A stretch of DNA of 64,000 nt from Candidatus Omnitrophota bacterium (GTDB lineage: Bacteria > Omnitrophota > Gorgyraeia > Duberdicusellales > Duberdicusellaceae): the NCBI GenBank assembly GCA_016932855.1, contig JAFGCB010000025.1:13868-77867 (forward strand), given 5' to 3'. Of the stretch, positions 27,427 through 35,523 are shown one piece after another. The position numbers and the translations under genes were made by a program. The first letter of the stretch is position 1, and every line of letters begins with the position of its first letter. The notes under the pieces are model-generated. The model ran no database searches. It was not told the DNA's origin and worked only from the letters and a program-made list of their open reading frames with translations.

Positions 27427-28530
27427 ATGTCTATGAAGATAGAGGAGTATAAGGGAGTCATAGATAGATATTTCAAATATCTGCCCGTATCCAATAAGAC
27501 CCCGGTGATAAGTCTTTTGGAAGGCGATACCCCTTTAATCCCGGCCTACAAACTATCAAATCAATTAGGCAAGAAGTTTGAGGTTTTTTTAAAGTACGAA
27601 GGTTTAAATCCTACCGGCTCATTTAAGGATAGAGGCATGACCGTCGCTGTGTCAAAGGCTAAAGAGCAGGGTTCGAAAGCGGTAATCTGCGCTTCTACGG
27701 GCAATACCTCAGCTTCAGCTTCAGCCTATGCGGCCAGAGCAAATTTAAAATCAATAGTTCTTATACCTAAAGGCGCGATTGCTTTGGGGAAGCTTGCTCA
27801 GGCCCTGATACACGGAGCGTGTGTCTTGCCGGTAAAGGGAAACTTCGATGACGCTTTCAGGCTTGTCAAAGAGATTTCTCAGGATTATCCGGTACGTCTG
27901 GTCAATTCTATAAACCCCCATCGGATAGAAGGTCAAAAAACCGCCTCCTTCGAGATTTGCGATGCCTTAAAAGACGCTCCTGATTTTCAGATACTGCCGG
28001 TCGGTAATGCCGGCAATATTACCGCTTATTGGAAAGGATATAAAGAATATAAATCCTTGGGAAAAATCCGAAAACTTCCTGTGATGTGCGGTTTTCAAGC
28101 CCAAGGTTCAGCTCCTATAGTCAAAGGACACCCGATTAAAAATCCCAAAACAATTGCAACTGCCATAAAAATCGGAAACCCCGCCAGCTGGAAAAGCGCA
28201 GAAGCGGCAAGGGACGAGTCCAAAGGCCTTATCGATACGGTCAGCGACAGAGATATTATAGAAGCTTATAAGTTTTTAAGCTCTCAAGAAGGTGTTTTTG
28301 TTGAACCGGCTTCAGCCGCGTCAGTAGCCGGGCTTTTTAAGCTTAAAAAGTTAGGTTATTTTTCTAAGAAAAGTAAGTTTTATTTGAGTTATTCGAAAAC
28401 TATTAAGATTGTATGCATTTTAACCGGCCATGGTTTAAAAGACCCCGATATCGCTATTAAAAATATAAAAGAGCCGAAAGCAGTCGAACCCGATTTGAAA
28501 AAAATCGTAAAACTCCTTAAATTGAAATGA
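27427..28530 (+). CDS. thrC: Threonine synthase
   Basis: NPTGSFKDRG, CASTGNTSAS, PVGNAGN, LTGHGLKDP. Confidence 0.96.
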   Translation: MSMKIEEYKGVIDRYFKYLPVSNKTPVISLLEGDTPLIPAYKLSNQLGKKFEVFLKYEGLNPTGSFKDRGMTVAVSKAKEQGSKAVICASTGNTSASASAYAARANLKSIVLIPKGAIALGKLAQALIHGACVLPVKGNFDDAFRLVKEISQDYPVRLVNSINPHRIEGQKTASFEICDALKDAPDFQILPVGNAGNITAYWKGYKEYKSLGKIRKLPVMCGFQAQGSAPIVKGHPIKNPKTIATAIKIGNPASWKSAEAARDESKGLIDTVSDRDIIEAYKFLSSQEGVFVEPASAASVAGLFKLKKLGYFSKKSKFYLSYSKTIKIVCILTGHGLKDPDIAIKNIKEPKAVEPDLKKIVKLLKLK

Positions 28531-28563
28531 CGATGTCTAGAGTGCAGTTTTTAAACATTTCCC

Positions 28564-28598
28564 TTTTCTGTTATCTGTGCTCTATTTTCTGTAATCTA
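28564..28598. repeat. Degenerate heptamer tandem array
   Basis: ttttctg ttatctg tgctcta ttttctg taatcta. Confidence 0.5.
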
Positions 28599-28609
28599 AC
28601 GAAGTTATC

Positions 28610-29803
28610 ATGAAGTACATAATTGTTGTTCCTGACGGCGCGGCTGATTATCCTTGCCCGGAGCTTGACGGAAAGACCCCCTTAGAGGTTGCTGATACCC
28701 CTAACATGGATTATCTTTCCAAGGAAGGAATTATCGGGCGGGTAAAAACCATCCCTAAAGGCTTTCCGGCTTCAAGTGACGTAGCCAATCTTTCTCTTTT
28801 AGGATTCGATCCTCAAAAATACTATACCGGTCGCGGCCCGCTTGAAGCAGCGAATATGGGCATAGAGCTCGGATCTAAAGATATAGCCTTCAGGTGCAAT
28901 TTGGTAACCGAGGTTGACGGCAAGCTGGCAGATTACAGTGCCGGTCACATAACCAACAGAGAAGCCCACATATTAATAGATGCTCTTAATAAGGAACTGG
29001 GAACTAAACAGATAGAATTCTTTCCGGGAGTAAGCTACAGGCATTTGATGATTTTCAGAGACGGATACGAGCTTGGTTTTCAGGATGTAAGGACATTCCC
29101 GCCTCATGATATCATGGGGTCTTTGGTAAAAAAACACTTACCTTCCGGAAAAAACGCTAATCTATTGGTAGAACTCATTGATAAATCAAAGCAGGTTTTA
29201 TTTAAGCACGAGATAAATACTGTAAGGGTTGATTTAAAAGAAAACCCGGCTAATTCTATCTGGCTTTGGGGCCAGGGAATAAAGCCTCAAATTCCCTTGT
29301 TTAAAGATAAGTTTGGAAAAACCGGAGCGGTTATTTCAGCGGTGGACTTAATTAAGGGAATCGGAAAGATTATCGGCTTTAAGGTGTTAGAAGTCGAAGG
29401 AGCAACTGGTTTTTATGATACAAATTATGAAGGAAAAGCAAAAGCCGCCCTTAAGGTTTTAGAAGAAGTGGATCTGGTTTATGTCCACATCGAAGCCACT
29501 GATGAGGCAGGTCATAACCAGGATTTGAGAATGAAAATAACCTGCCTTGAGCGGATAGACAGGTTTGTTTTAGGGACCATACTTAAAGAGAGAGATTTGG
29601 AATCTACCAGAATACTCGTTGTCCCCGATCATTTTACGCCTTTATCAAAAAGAACTCATACGCCGGAACCGGTTCCGTTTGTTATAGCGGGAGGCAAGAT
29701 ACCAAAGTCAATAACCGCAAAATTTTCTGAAGAAGAAGCCCAGCGTTCAAGCCTCTATTTTGAACAGACTTCGCTTCTTATGGAATATCTGGTTAAAGAA
29801 TAG
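28610..29803 (+). CDS. apgM: Cofactor-independent phosphoglycerate mutase, ApgM family (proposed homoserine kinase clade)
   Basis: DGAAD, KTPLE, GRGPLEA, FRCNLV, DEAGH, PDHFTP; located in the thr cluster. Confidence 0.88.
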   Translation: MKYIIVVPDGAADYPCPELDGKTPLEVADTPNMDYLSKEGIIGRVKTIPKGFPASSDVANLSLLGFDPQKYYTGRGPLEAANMGIELGSKDIAFRCNLVTEVDGKLADYSAGHITNREAHILIDALNKELGTKQIEFFPGVSYRHLMIFRDGYELGFQDVRTFPPHDIMGSLVKKHLPSGKNANLLVELIDKSKQVLFKHEINTVRVDLKENPANSIWLWGQGIKPQIPLFKDKFGKTGAVISAVDLIKGIGKIIGFKVLEVEGATGFYDTNYEGKAKAALKVLEEVDLVYVHIEATDEAGHNQDLRMKITCLERIDRFVLGTILKERDLESTRILVVPDHFTPLSKRTHTPEPVPFVIAGGKIPKSITAKFSEEEAQRSSLYFEQTSLLMEYLVKE

Positions 29804-29876
29804 CGAAGCGCCAGATAGGCCGGTACCGACAACTTAACATATAGCACTAAACATATAAAATAGTTAGAGTAGCATA

Positions 29877-31451
29877 ATGAACAGCGCATTTTTACTTTTA
29901 ATTGTTCTGGCGGCTCTTTTCTTGGGCTATAAAATTTACGGAAGCGTAATCTTTCGGCTTTTCGGTCTAAATGACGCAAGGCCTACCCCGGCCCACGCTA
30001 AAAATGACGGCTTTGATTACGTTCCGGCTAAAAACTGGTTTATTCTTTTCGGGCACCATTTCTCTTCTATTGCCGGCGCCGGGCCGATAGTAGGTCCGAT
30101 ACTTGCTGTTTCGCTTTGGGGCTGGGTGCCTTCGGTGATATGGATTGTTTTCGGTTCGATTTTTATCGGAGCAGTGCATGATTTTTCGGCTTTGATAGTT
30201 TCAGTAAGGTCCGGCGGCCGTTCCATCGCCGATGTTTCCCGGGAAACTGTTTCCAAAAGAGCCCGGGTCCTTTTTTTGATTTTTGTCTGGATCGCCTTAG
30301 CTCTTGTTATTACAGTATTCGCCAGTATATGCGCCGATACTTTTGTTGCCGAGCCGAAAATAGCAACCTCCAGCCTGGGACTTATACCTTTGGCCCTTAT
30401 TGTAGGGTTTTTGATTTACAGAGCTAGACTGCCGCTTTTCCCGGCGACTATCATCGGCATTACCGGCATAATTCTTCTTATTTTTCTGGGGGAGAGGGTT
30501 CATTTTACTTTAGGTATAGATAACTCTAAGAATCTTTGGATGATAATTCTTTTTGTTTATGCCTTTTTCGCTTCAATTATTCCGGTAAATATTTTACTTC
30601 AGCCCAGAGACTATATTTCCAGTTTTCTTTTATTCGCCGGTTTGATTCTGGGCAGCGCAGGCATACTTATAACCAGGCCGCCAATGGTTGGCCCGGCTTT
30701 CGTTTCTTTTAAGAGCTCTCAAGGCAATCTTGTGCCCATGCTTTTTGTTACTGTTGCTTGCGGGGCTATTTCGGGATTCCACTCTTTGGTTGCTTCAGGG
30801 ACGACTTCTAAACAGCTTCCTAATGAATCCGCGGCTAAAAAAGTGGGTTTTGGGGGGATGCTCCTTGAGGGTTTTTTGGCAACAATAGCCCTTATAACTG
30901 TAAGCGTAGCTTTTAGCAAGGCTGGTCCGGTTACTGTTTTTTCGCAAGGGTTCGGCCAGATAACCCGGCCTTTGCTGGGTAATTACGGGGCATTTTTAGC
31001 CACGCTTATTTTAAACGCTTTTATATTAACTACTCTTGATACCGCTACCAGAATAAACCGTTATATAACAGAAGAGCTTCTGGGATTAAAGAACTATTTT
31101 CTTTCCACTCTTTTGGTTGTTTTATTCAGCGCCTATTTGGCCTTTTCAGGGGGATGGAAGATTCTCTGGCAGATGTTCGGTATTTCCAACCAGTTAGTCG
31201 CGGCTTTAGCTTTAATTGTTTTGACGGTCTGGCTTATGAATAAAGGAAAGAATTTCTTTTATCTGTTAATCCCGGCCGTATTCATGCTCTTCGTTACTTT
31301 AAGCGCCTTGTTTTTAAAGCTTTCAGGCTTTATCGCCGATAAGAATGCGGGCTTAATTGTTGTTACTTTATGCTTACTTTTATTAGGAATTTTTGTGGCA
31401 GTAGAAGGAGCCCTGGCTATCGGAAGAAAAAAGAAGGGGATTTATGCCTAA
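29877..31451 (+). CDS. cstA: Carbon starvation protein A (peptide/pyruvate transporter)
   Basis: FGHHFSSIAGAGPIVGP, GAVHDF, LLQPRDY, ACGAISGFH. Confidence 0.93.
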   Translation: MNSAFLLLIVLAALFLGYKIYGSVIFRLFGLNDARPTPAHAKNDGFDYVPAKNWFILFGHHFSSIAGAGPIVGPILAVSLWGWVPSVIWIVFGSIFIGAVHDFSALIVSVRSGGRSIADVSRETVSKRARVLFLIFVWIALALVITVFASICADTFVAEPKIATSSLGLIPLALIVGFLIYRARLPLFPATIIGITGIILLIFLGERVHFTLGIDNSKNLWMIILFVYAFFASIIPVNILLQPRDYISSFLLFAGLILGSAGILITRPPMVGPAFVSFKSSQGNLVPMLFVTVACGAISGFHSLVASGTTSKQLPNESAAKKVGFGGMLLEGFLATIALITVSVAFSKAGPVTVFSQGFGQITRPLLGNYGAFLATLILNAFILTTLDTATRINRYITEELLGLKNYFLSTLLVVLFSAYLAFSGGWKILWQMFGISNQLVAALALIVLTVWLMNKGKNFFYLLIPAVFMLFVTLSALFLKLSGFIADKNAGLIVVTLCLLLLGIFVAVEGALAIGRKKKGIYA

Positions 31452-32670
31452 ACATAAGCTTGTTGTCCAAAAATACGGAGGAACGTCTTTAGCTACTCCG
31501 GCGAGAATCGAGAAAGTAGCCGACAGGATAATTTCTTATATAAAGAGAGGCTATGATATTATGACGGTAGTTTCAGCAATGGGCCATACAACTGATGAGC
31601 TTATCGAGCTTGCGAGAAAAATAAATCCTTATCCCAGCGAAAGGGAGCTAGATATGCTGATTTCTACCGGAGAGCAGATTTCTTCATCTCTTTTAGCCAT
31701 GGCTTTGCATAAGCGAAAAGCTGACGCGGTTTCTTTTACCGGCGTGCAAGTAGGGATTCTTACCGACAAATATCATACTAAAGCCAGGATAATTGAAATA
31801 GATGCTTCGCGGATTAAAAAAGCCTTAAGGCAGAACAGGATAGTGGTGGTTGCCGGTTTTCAGGGCAGGACTTGTGATGAAGATATAGCTACTTTGGGAA
31901 GAGGCGGTTCTGATCTTTCCGCGGTTGCCTTGGCTTCAGTTCTTAAAGCGGATGTCTGCGAAATATATACTGATGTTGAAGGTATATATACCGCTGATCC
32001 GCGGGTTGTAAAAGGGGCCAGGAAATTAGATTGCATAAGCTTTGACGAGATGTTAGAATTAGCCTCAAGAGGCGCCCAGGTTATGCAGACCAGGGCCGTA
32101 GAGGTCGCGAAAAAATACAATATCCCTTTGCATGTTCGCTCGAGTCTTTCAAACAAGGAGGGGACCATAATCATGGAAAGAAAGCCTTCATTGGAGGAGC
32201 CGGTAGTAAGAGGGGTGACTTTGACCGAGAGAGAAGCAAAGATTACGGTTTGCCAGGTTCCTGATAAGGCCGGGATGGCCGCCAAGATATTCTCCGAATT
32301 AGCGGCGAGTAATCTAAACATAGATATGATTGTCCAGAACGTAAGCCACAAGAGGATCACCGATATATCGTTTACCGTCGGAAAAGATGAAGCTTACGCG
32401 AGTTTAGCTACCACAAAGAGAGTCGCCAAGAAAATAGGCGCAGCTAATGTATTATATGACGAGGATATAGCTAAAGTTTCTATTGTAGGCATTGGAATGA
32501 AGGCTCACTCGGGAGTCGCTAATGCGATGTTTAAGGCTTTAGCCAAAGCAAAGATAAATATTGAGATGATATCTACTTCGGAGATAAGTATTTCCTGCGT
32601 TGTCAGGCGAAAACAAGGTAAATCCGCGGCAAGGGCTCTGCACAGGGCTTTCGGGCTTGGTTCGTCATGA
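31444..32670 (+). CDS. lysC: Aspartate kinase
   Basis: VQKYGGTS, TLGRGGSD, TDVEGIYTADPR, two ACT domains. Confidence 0.96.
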   Translation: MPKHKLVVQKYGGTSLATPARIEKVADRIISYIKRGYDIMTVVSAMGHTTDELIELARKINPYPSERELDMLISTGEQISSSLLAMALHKRKADAVSFTGVQVGILTDKYHTKARIIEIDASRIKKALRQNRIVVVAGFQGRTCDEDIATLGRGGSDLSAVALASVLKADVCEIYTDVEGIYTADPRVVKGARKLDCISFDEMLELASRGAQVMQTRAVEVAKKYNIPLHVRSSLSNKEGTIIMERKPSLEEPVVRGVTLTEREAKITVCQVPDKAGMAAKIFSELAASNLNIDMIVQNVSHKRITDISFTVGKDEAYASLATTKRVAKKIGAANVLYDEDIAKVSIVGIGMKAHSGVANAMFKALAKAKINIEMISTSEISISCVVRRKQGKSAARALHRAFGLGSS

Positions 32671-34244
32671 AGAGTAAAATTTTGTTGTACGACACTACCT
32701 TAAGGGATGGGGCCCAGTCAGAAGGGATATCTTATTCTTTAAAGGATAAGGTCCGCATTGCCAAAAGACTGGATTCTTTCGGAATTGACTTTGTCGAAGG
32801 GGGCTGGCCTTACTCTAATCCTAAAGACAAGGAGTTTTTCGAATATTTCAAAAAAAGAGGCTTAAGAAAAGCCAAGCTGGTAGCTTTCGGCTCAACGGCT
32901 TATCCTCATGTCAGGGCGAATAAGGACAAGAACCTTTTGAGCCTGCTTAAGTCAGGCACCGAGTTCATTACTCTATTTGGAAAAAGCTGGGATTTGCAGG
33001 TTAAAGACGTATTAAGGACATCTTTGGAGGAGAATTTAAGGATTATACATGATTCAATAAGTTTTCTTAAGAAAAAAGGGCGTCATGTTTTTTTTGACGC
33101 CGAGCATTTCTTTGACGGCTATAAAGAGAATCCTTCCTACGCTATTAAGTCGTTGAAAGTAGCCCAGGAAGCCGGAGCGGATTTCATTATCTTATGCGAT
33201 ACCAACGGCGGCAGCTTAACTTCTCAGGTAACGGCAGTTATAGGAAAGGTTAAAGAAGGGATTAAGGTTGATTTAGGTATTCATACTCACAATGATTGCG
33301 GTCTTGCAGTGGCTAATTCCATAGCGGCGATTGAATGCGGCTGCACTCAGGTGCAAGGGACATTTAACGGCTACGGAGAGCGTTGCGGAAACGCTGATTT
33401 GTCAACGATAATTCCTATTCTGAGAATAAAATTGAATAAAAGCACGATTTCAGACCGGCAGCTAAGAAAGCTTACCGAAGTTTCGCATTTTGTAAGCGAG
33501 GTAAGCAATATGAAGCATCCTGATAATCACCCTTATGTGGGAAGGAGCGCTTTTGCCCACAAAGGAGGAGTCCACATAAATGCTATGGTAAAAAACCCCA
33601 AGGCCTACGAGCATATTGACCCGGACCTGGTAGGAAATCAACGAAGGCTTTTGGTTTCCGAGGTTTCAGGCAAGACCTCGATTGTCATGGCCGCTAAGAC
33701 TATGTTCCATGAACTAGATAAGAAATCAAAGAAGACCGAGAAGATCCACCGCCTTCTTCAAAGATTGGAGAAGCAAGGATACCAGTTTGAGGTTGCCGAT
33801 GCTTCTTTTAAGATTATTCTGGAGAGGCAGCTTAAGAAATATAAAAAGTTTTTTAGTCTTCAGGGTTTCAGGGTGATTATCGAGAAGAGGCAAGACGGCG
33901 CCATTATTTCCGAGGCGGCTATTAAAATGAAAGTTGCCGGCAAGCTGCAGCATACCGCTGCCGAAGGAGACGGTCCGGTCAACGCCCTGGACAACGCCTT
34001 AAGAAAGGCCTTGCTTAAATCTTATCCGGCTTTAGCAAGAATGCATCTGTCCGATTTTAAAGTCCGGGTTTTAGACGAGGAGAGAGGGACGGCTGCCAAG
34101 GTAAGGGTTTTGATTGAGTCCCAGGATGAAGAGGAATCTTGGTCAACCGTAGGGGTTTCCGAGAATATTATTGAAGCTTCCTGGCAGGCTCTTGCAGATT
34201 CCGTGGAGTATAAGCTTCTTAAGGAATCCAAGAAGTTAGAGTAA
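32667..34244 (+). CDS. cimA: Citramalate synthase
   Basis: DTTLRDGAQSEG, FGKSWDL, AHKGGVH, YQFEVADAS, EGDGPVNALD; follows lysC. Confidence 0.9.
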   Translation: MKSKILLYDTTLRDGAQSEGISYSLKDKVRIAKRLDSFGIDFVEGGWPYSNPKDKEFFEYFKKRGLRKAKLVAFGSTAYPHVRANKDKNLLSLLKSGTEFITLFGKSWDLQVKDVLRTSLEENLRIIHDSISFLKKKGRHVFFDAEHFFDGYKENPSYAIKSLKVAQEAGADFIILCDTNGGSLTSQVTAVIGKVKEGIKVDLGIHTHNDCGLAVANSIAAIECGCTQVQGTFNGYGERCGNADLSTIIPILRIKLNKSTISDRQLRKLTEVSHFVSEVSNMKHPDNHPYVGRSAFAHKGGVHINAMVKNPKAYEHIDPDLVGNQRRLLVSEVSGKTSIVMAAKTMFHELDKKSKKTEKIHRLLQRLEKQGYQFEVADASFKIILERQLKKYKKFFSLQGFRVIIEKRQDGAIISEAAIKMKVAGKLQHTAAEGDGPVNALDNALRKALLKSYPALARMHLSDFKVRVLDEERGTAAKVRVLIESQDEEESWSTVGVSENIIEASWQALADSVEYKLLKESKKLE

Positions 34245-34247
34245 GAC

Positions 34248-34598
34248 ATGCCTAACCGACGAAAATTTGTCCGTTTTGAGGTTGAGGATATCCTGGAGGT
34301 AAGGCCGCTTTCGGAAGTCGCCAGGAAATTTAAAAGCGTATCAAAAGACTTCAGCGTAATCGGCATATGCTTTTTTTCCGACTTTAAATGGGAAAAAGGC
34401 CAGGTGCTTTTAATTGAATATTTTTTACCGGAGGATCTTGAGGCCGTAAAGCTCAAAGCCGGCGTTGTTTGGTCTGAGTTTATCGATGATAAAAAAGGAT
34501 TTCTTGTGGGCGTAGAGATCCTGGACCTTGAAGACAAACACGCTGATAAATTCACCAATTACTACTTTCGAAAAGTAAGAGAACGTTTTTTTGAGTAA
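34248..34598 (+). CDS. PilZ domain protein
   Basis: NRRKFVR and DFSVIG motifs. Confidence 0.8.
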   Translation: MPNRRKFVRFEVEDILEVRPLSEVARKFKSVSKDFSVIGICFFSDFKWEKGQVLLIEYFLPEDLEAVKLKAGVVWSEFIDDKKGFLVGVEILDLEDKHADKFTNYYFRKVRERFFE

Positions 34599-34664
34599 TT
34601 AGAAATTTCAGCTTTTCAAAAGTCTCCCGCCGCCTGAACAGATAAACCTATTTTAAGCTAAAAA

Positions 34665-35468
34665 ATGTTTATAAGAATAACAGTCTTATTGTTAGTTTTT
34701 CTGGTTATTCTCTTGGGATATTTTAGGTATTATGAAAAGAAATGCATATATTTTCCTACCAAAGAGATTTCAGCTACCCCCAGGGATTTAGGGCTTGAAT
34801 ACGAAGATATTTATTTTCATACCTCCGACGGCATAGGGCTTAACGCCTGGTTCATTACCCGGCCCGATGCTTCTCTTACCATCCTTTTTCTCCACGGCAA
34901 TGCCGGGAATTTGAGCCATAGATTAGAGGTATTGCAAATATTGCATCCTTTGCAAACTAATATATTTATTGTTGACTGGCGGGGCTACGGCAAGAGTCAA
35001 GGCACTCCTTCGGAAGAAGGACTTTATCTTGACGCCTTAGCTTCTTATGATTATTTGGTGAAAGAAAAAGGCATACCCGCGGACTCCATTATAGTCTACG
35101 GTAAGTCCCTGGGCGCCAATATTGCCGTTGATTTAGCTTCGCGGGTCAAGATAAAAGCTTTGATTAGCGATAGCGGATTTACCAGCGCCTATGATATGGC
35201 CAGGCATATTTTCCCTTTCATACCGGTTAAGCTCTTTATTACCGTTAAATTCGACGCCTTAACCAAGATAAAAAACATTTATTGTCCTAAGTTGATAGTT
35301 CATTCTCCGCATGATGAGATGATTCCTTTTTGGATGGCAAAAAAACTTTTTGAAGCCGCTGCGGCCCCTAAAGAGCTTTACCAGCTCGGCGGCTCTCATA
35401 ACGAGATGATGTTTATAAACAGAAAAGAGTTTATAGAGCGGCTCGGTAAGTTCCTGTGCAGTCTCTAA
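34665..35468 (+). CDS. Alpha/beta hydrolase (BEM46/ABHD13-like)
   Basis: N-terminal TM, HGNAGN, DWRGYGKS, GKSLG nucleophile elbow, D and H triad residues. Confidence 0.9.
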   Translation: MFIRITVLLLVFLVILLGYFRYYEKKCIYFPTKEISATPRDLGLEYEDIYFHTSDGIGLNAWFITRPDASLTILFLHGNAGNLSHRLEVLQILHPLQTNIFIVDWRGYGKSQGTPSEEGLYLDALASYDYLVKEKGIPADSIIVYGKSLGANIAVDLASRVKIKALISDSGFTSAYDMARHIFPFIPVKLFITVKFDALTKIKNIYCPKLIVHSPHDEMIPFWMAKKLFEAAAAPKELYQLGGSHNEMMFINRKEFIERLGKFLCSL

Positions 35469-35523
35469 ATAGCCAGTCCTAAAAACCTTGACTAGGCCTA
35501 CCTTATATTGTAAAGTATTTCCT

